Made by a program: the position numbers and the translations under genes
NCBI GenBank assembly: GCA_030390025.1
Contig: CM059432.1
Span: forward strand, 23,004,001 to 23,068,000
Length of the DNA: 64,000 bases
Direction: 5' to 3'
Source: Squalus acanthias
Taxonomy: Eukaryota
The notes under the pieces: model-generated
What the model saw: only the letters and a program-made list of their open reading frames with translations
The model's database searches: none
Told to the model about the DNA's origin: nothing
Part shown: positions 63,480 to 64,000 of the stretch, piece by piece
Position numbering within the stretch: the stretch's first letter is position 1
Layout: each line of letters begins with the position of its first letter

Positions 63480-64000
63480 TTTAGATAAAACCCTGGTTAG
63501 ACCACACCTGGACTACTGTGAACAGTTCTAGGCACCACACCTTAGGAAGGATATATTGGCCTTGGAGGGAGGGCAGCGTAGATTTACCAGAATGATACCC
63601 GGACTTCAAGGGTAAAGTTACGAGGAGAGATTACACAAATTAGGGTTGTATTCCCTAGAATTTAGAAGGTTAAGGGGGTGATCTGATCGAAGTTTTCAAG
63701 ATATTAAGGGGAATAGATAGGATAGATAGAGAGAAACTATTTCCACTGGTTGGGGGCATAGTCTAAAAATTAGAACCAGACCTTTCAGGAGTGAAATTAG
63801 GAAACACTTCTACACCCAAAGGGTGGTAGAAGTTTGGAACACTCTTCCGCAAACGGCAATTGATGCTAGATCAATTCTTAATTTTAAATCTGAGATTGAT
63901 TGCTTTTTGTTAACCAAAGGTATTACGGGATATAGGCCAAAGTATATGGAGTTAGATCGCAGATCAGCCATGATCTCATTGAATGGCGGAATAGGCTCGA
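63480..64000 (+). mobile_element. CR1 3' fragment running to the window end
   Basis: Homologous to 23880-24415. Confidence 0.85.

Noticed and set aside
59304..64000. Next collagen exon (DVFP.GLP..Y.F)
   Set aside because: No matching exon found by eye. It probably lies beyond the window.

Overview
Vertebrate genomic DNA. The repeat complement (Deu-type SINEs, CR1/L2/RTE LINEs, Penelope-like elements, GGG-terminated MITEs) points to a cartilaginous fish such as a shark. The window holds three + strand coding exons of a collagen XXII (COL22A1-like) gene: the vWA exon ending at 8990, a 75-nt linker exon at 57014-57088 that the ORF track misses, and the first TSPN exon at 59204-59303. The first two are separated by a 48-kb intron made mostly of transposable elements. 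Most notable: (1) a near full-length LINE at 16718-20263 has a tRNA-derived SINE head as its 5' end, no ORF1 and almost no Pol III terminator T-runs, and short SINEs in the window equal its head joined to its tail; (2) four Penelope-like insertions are inverted repeats with 12-14-bp TSDs and carry minimal hammerhead ribozymes with compensatory stem changes; (3) many Harbinger-type MITEs have 3-bp TSDs and promoter-like motifs. All calls were made by eye and no database searches were run.
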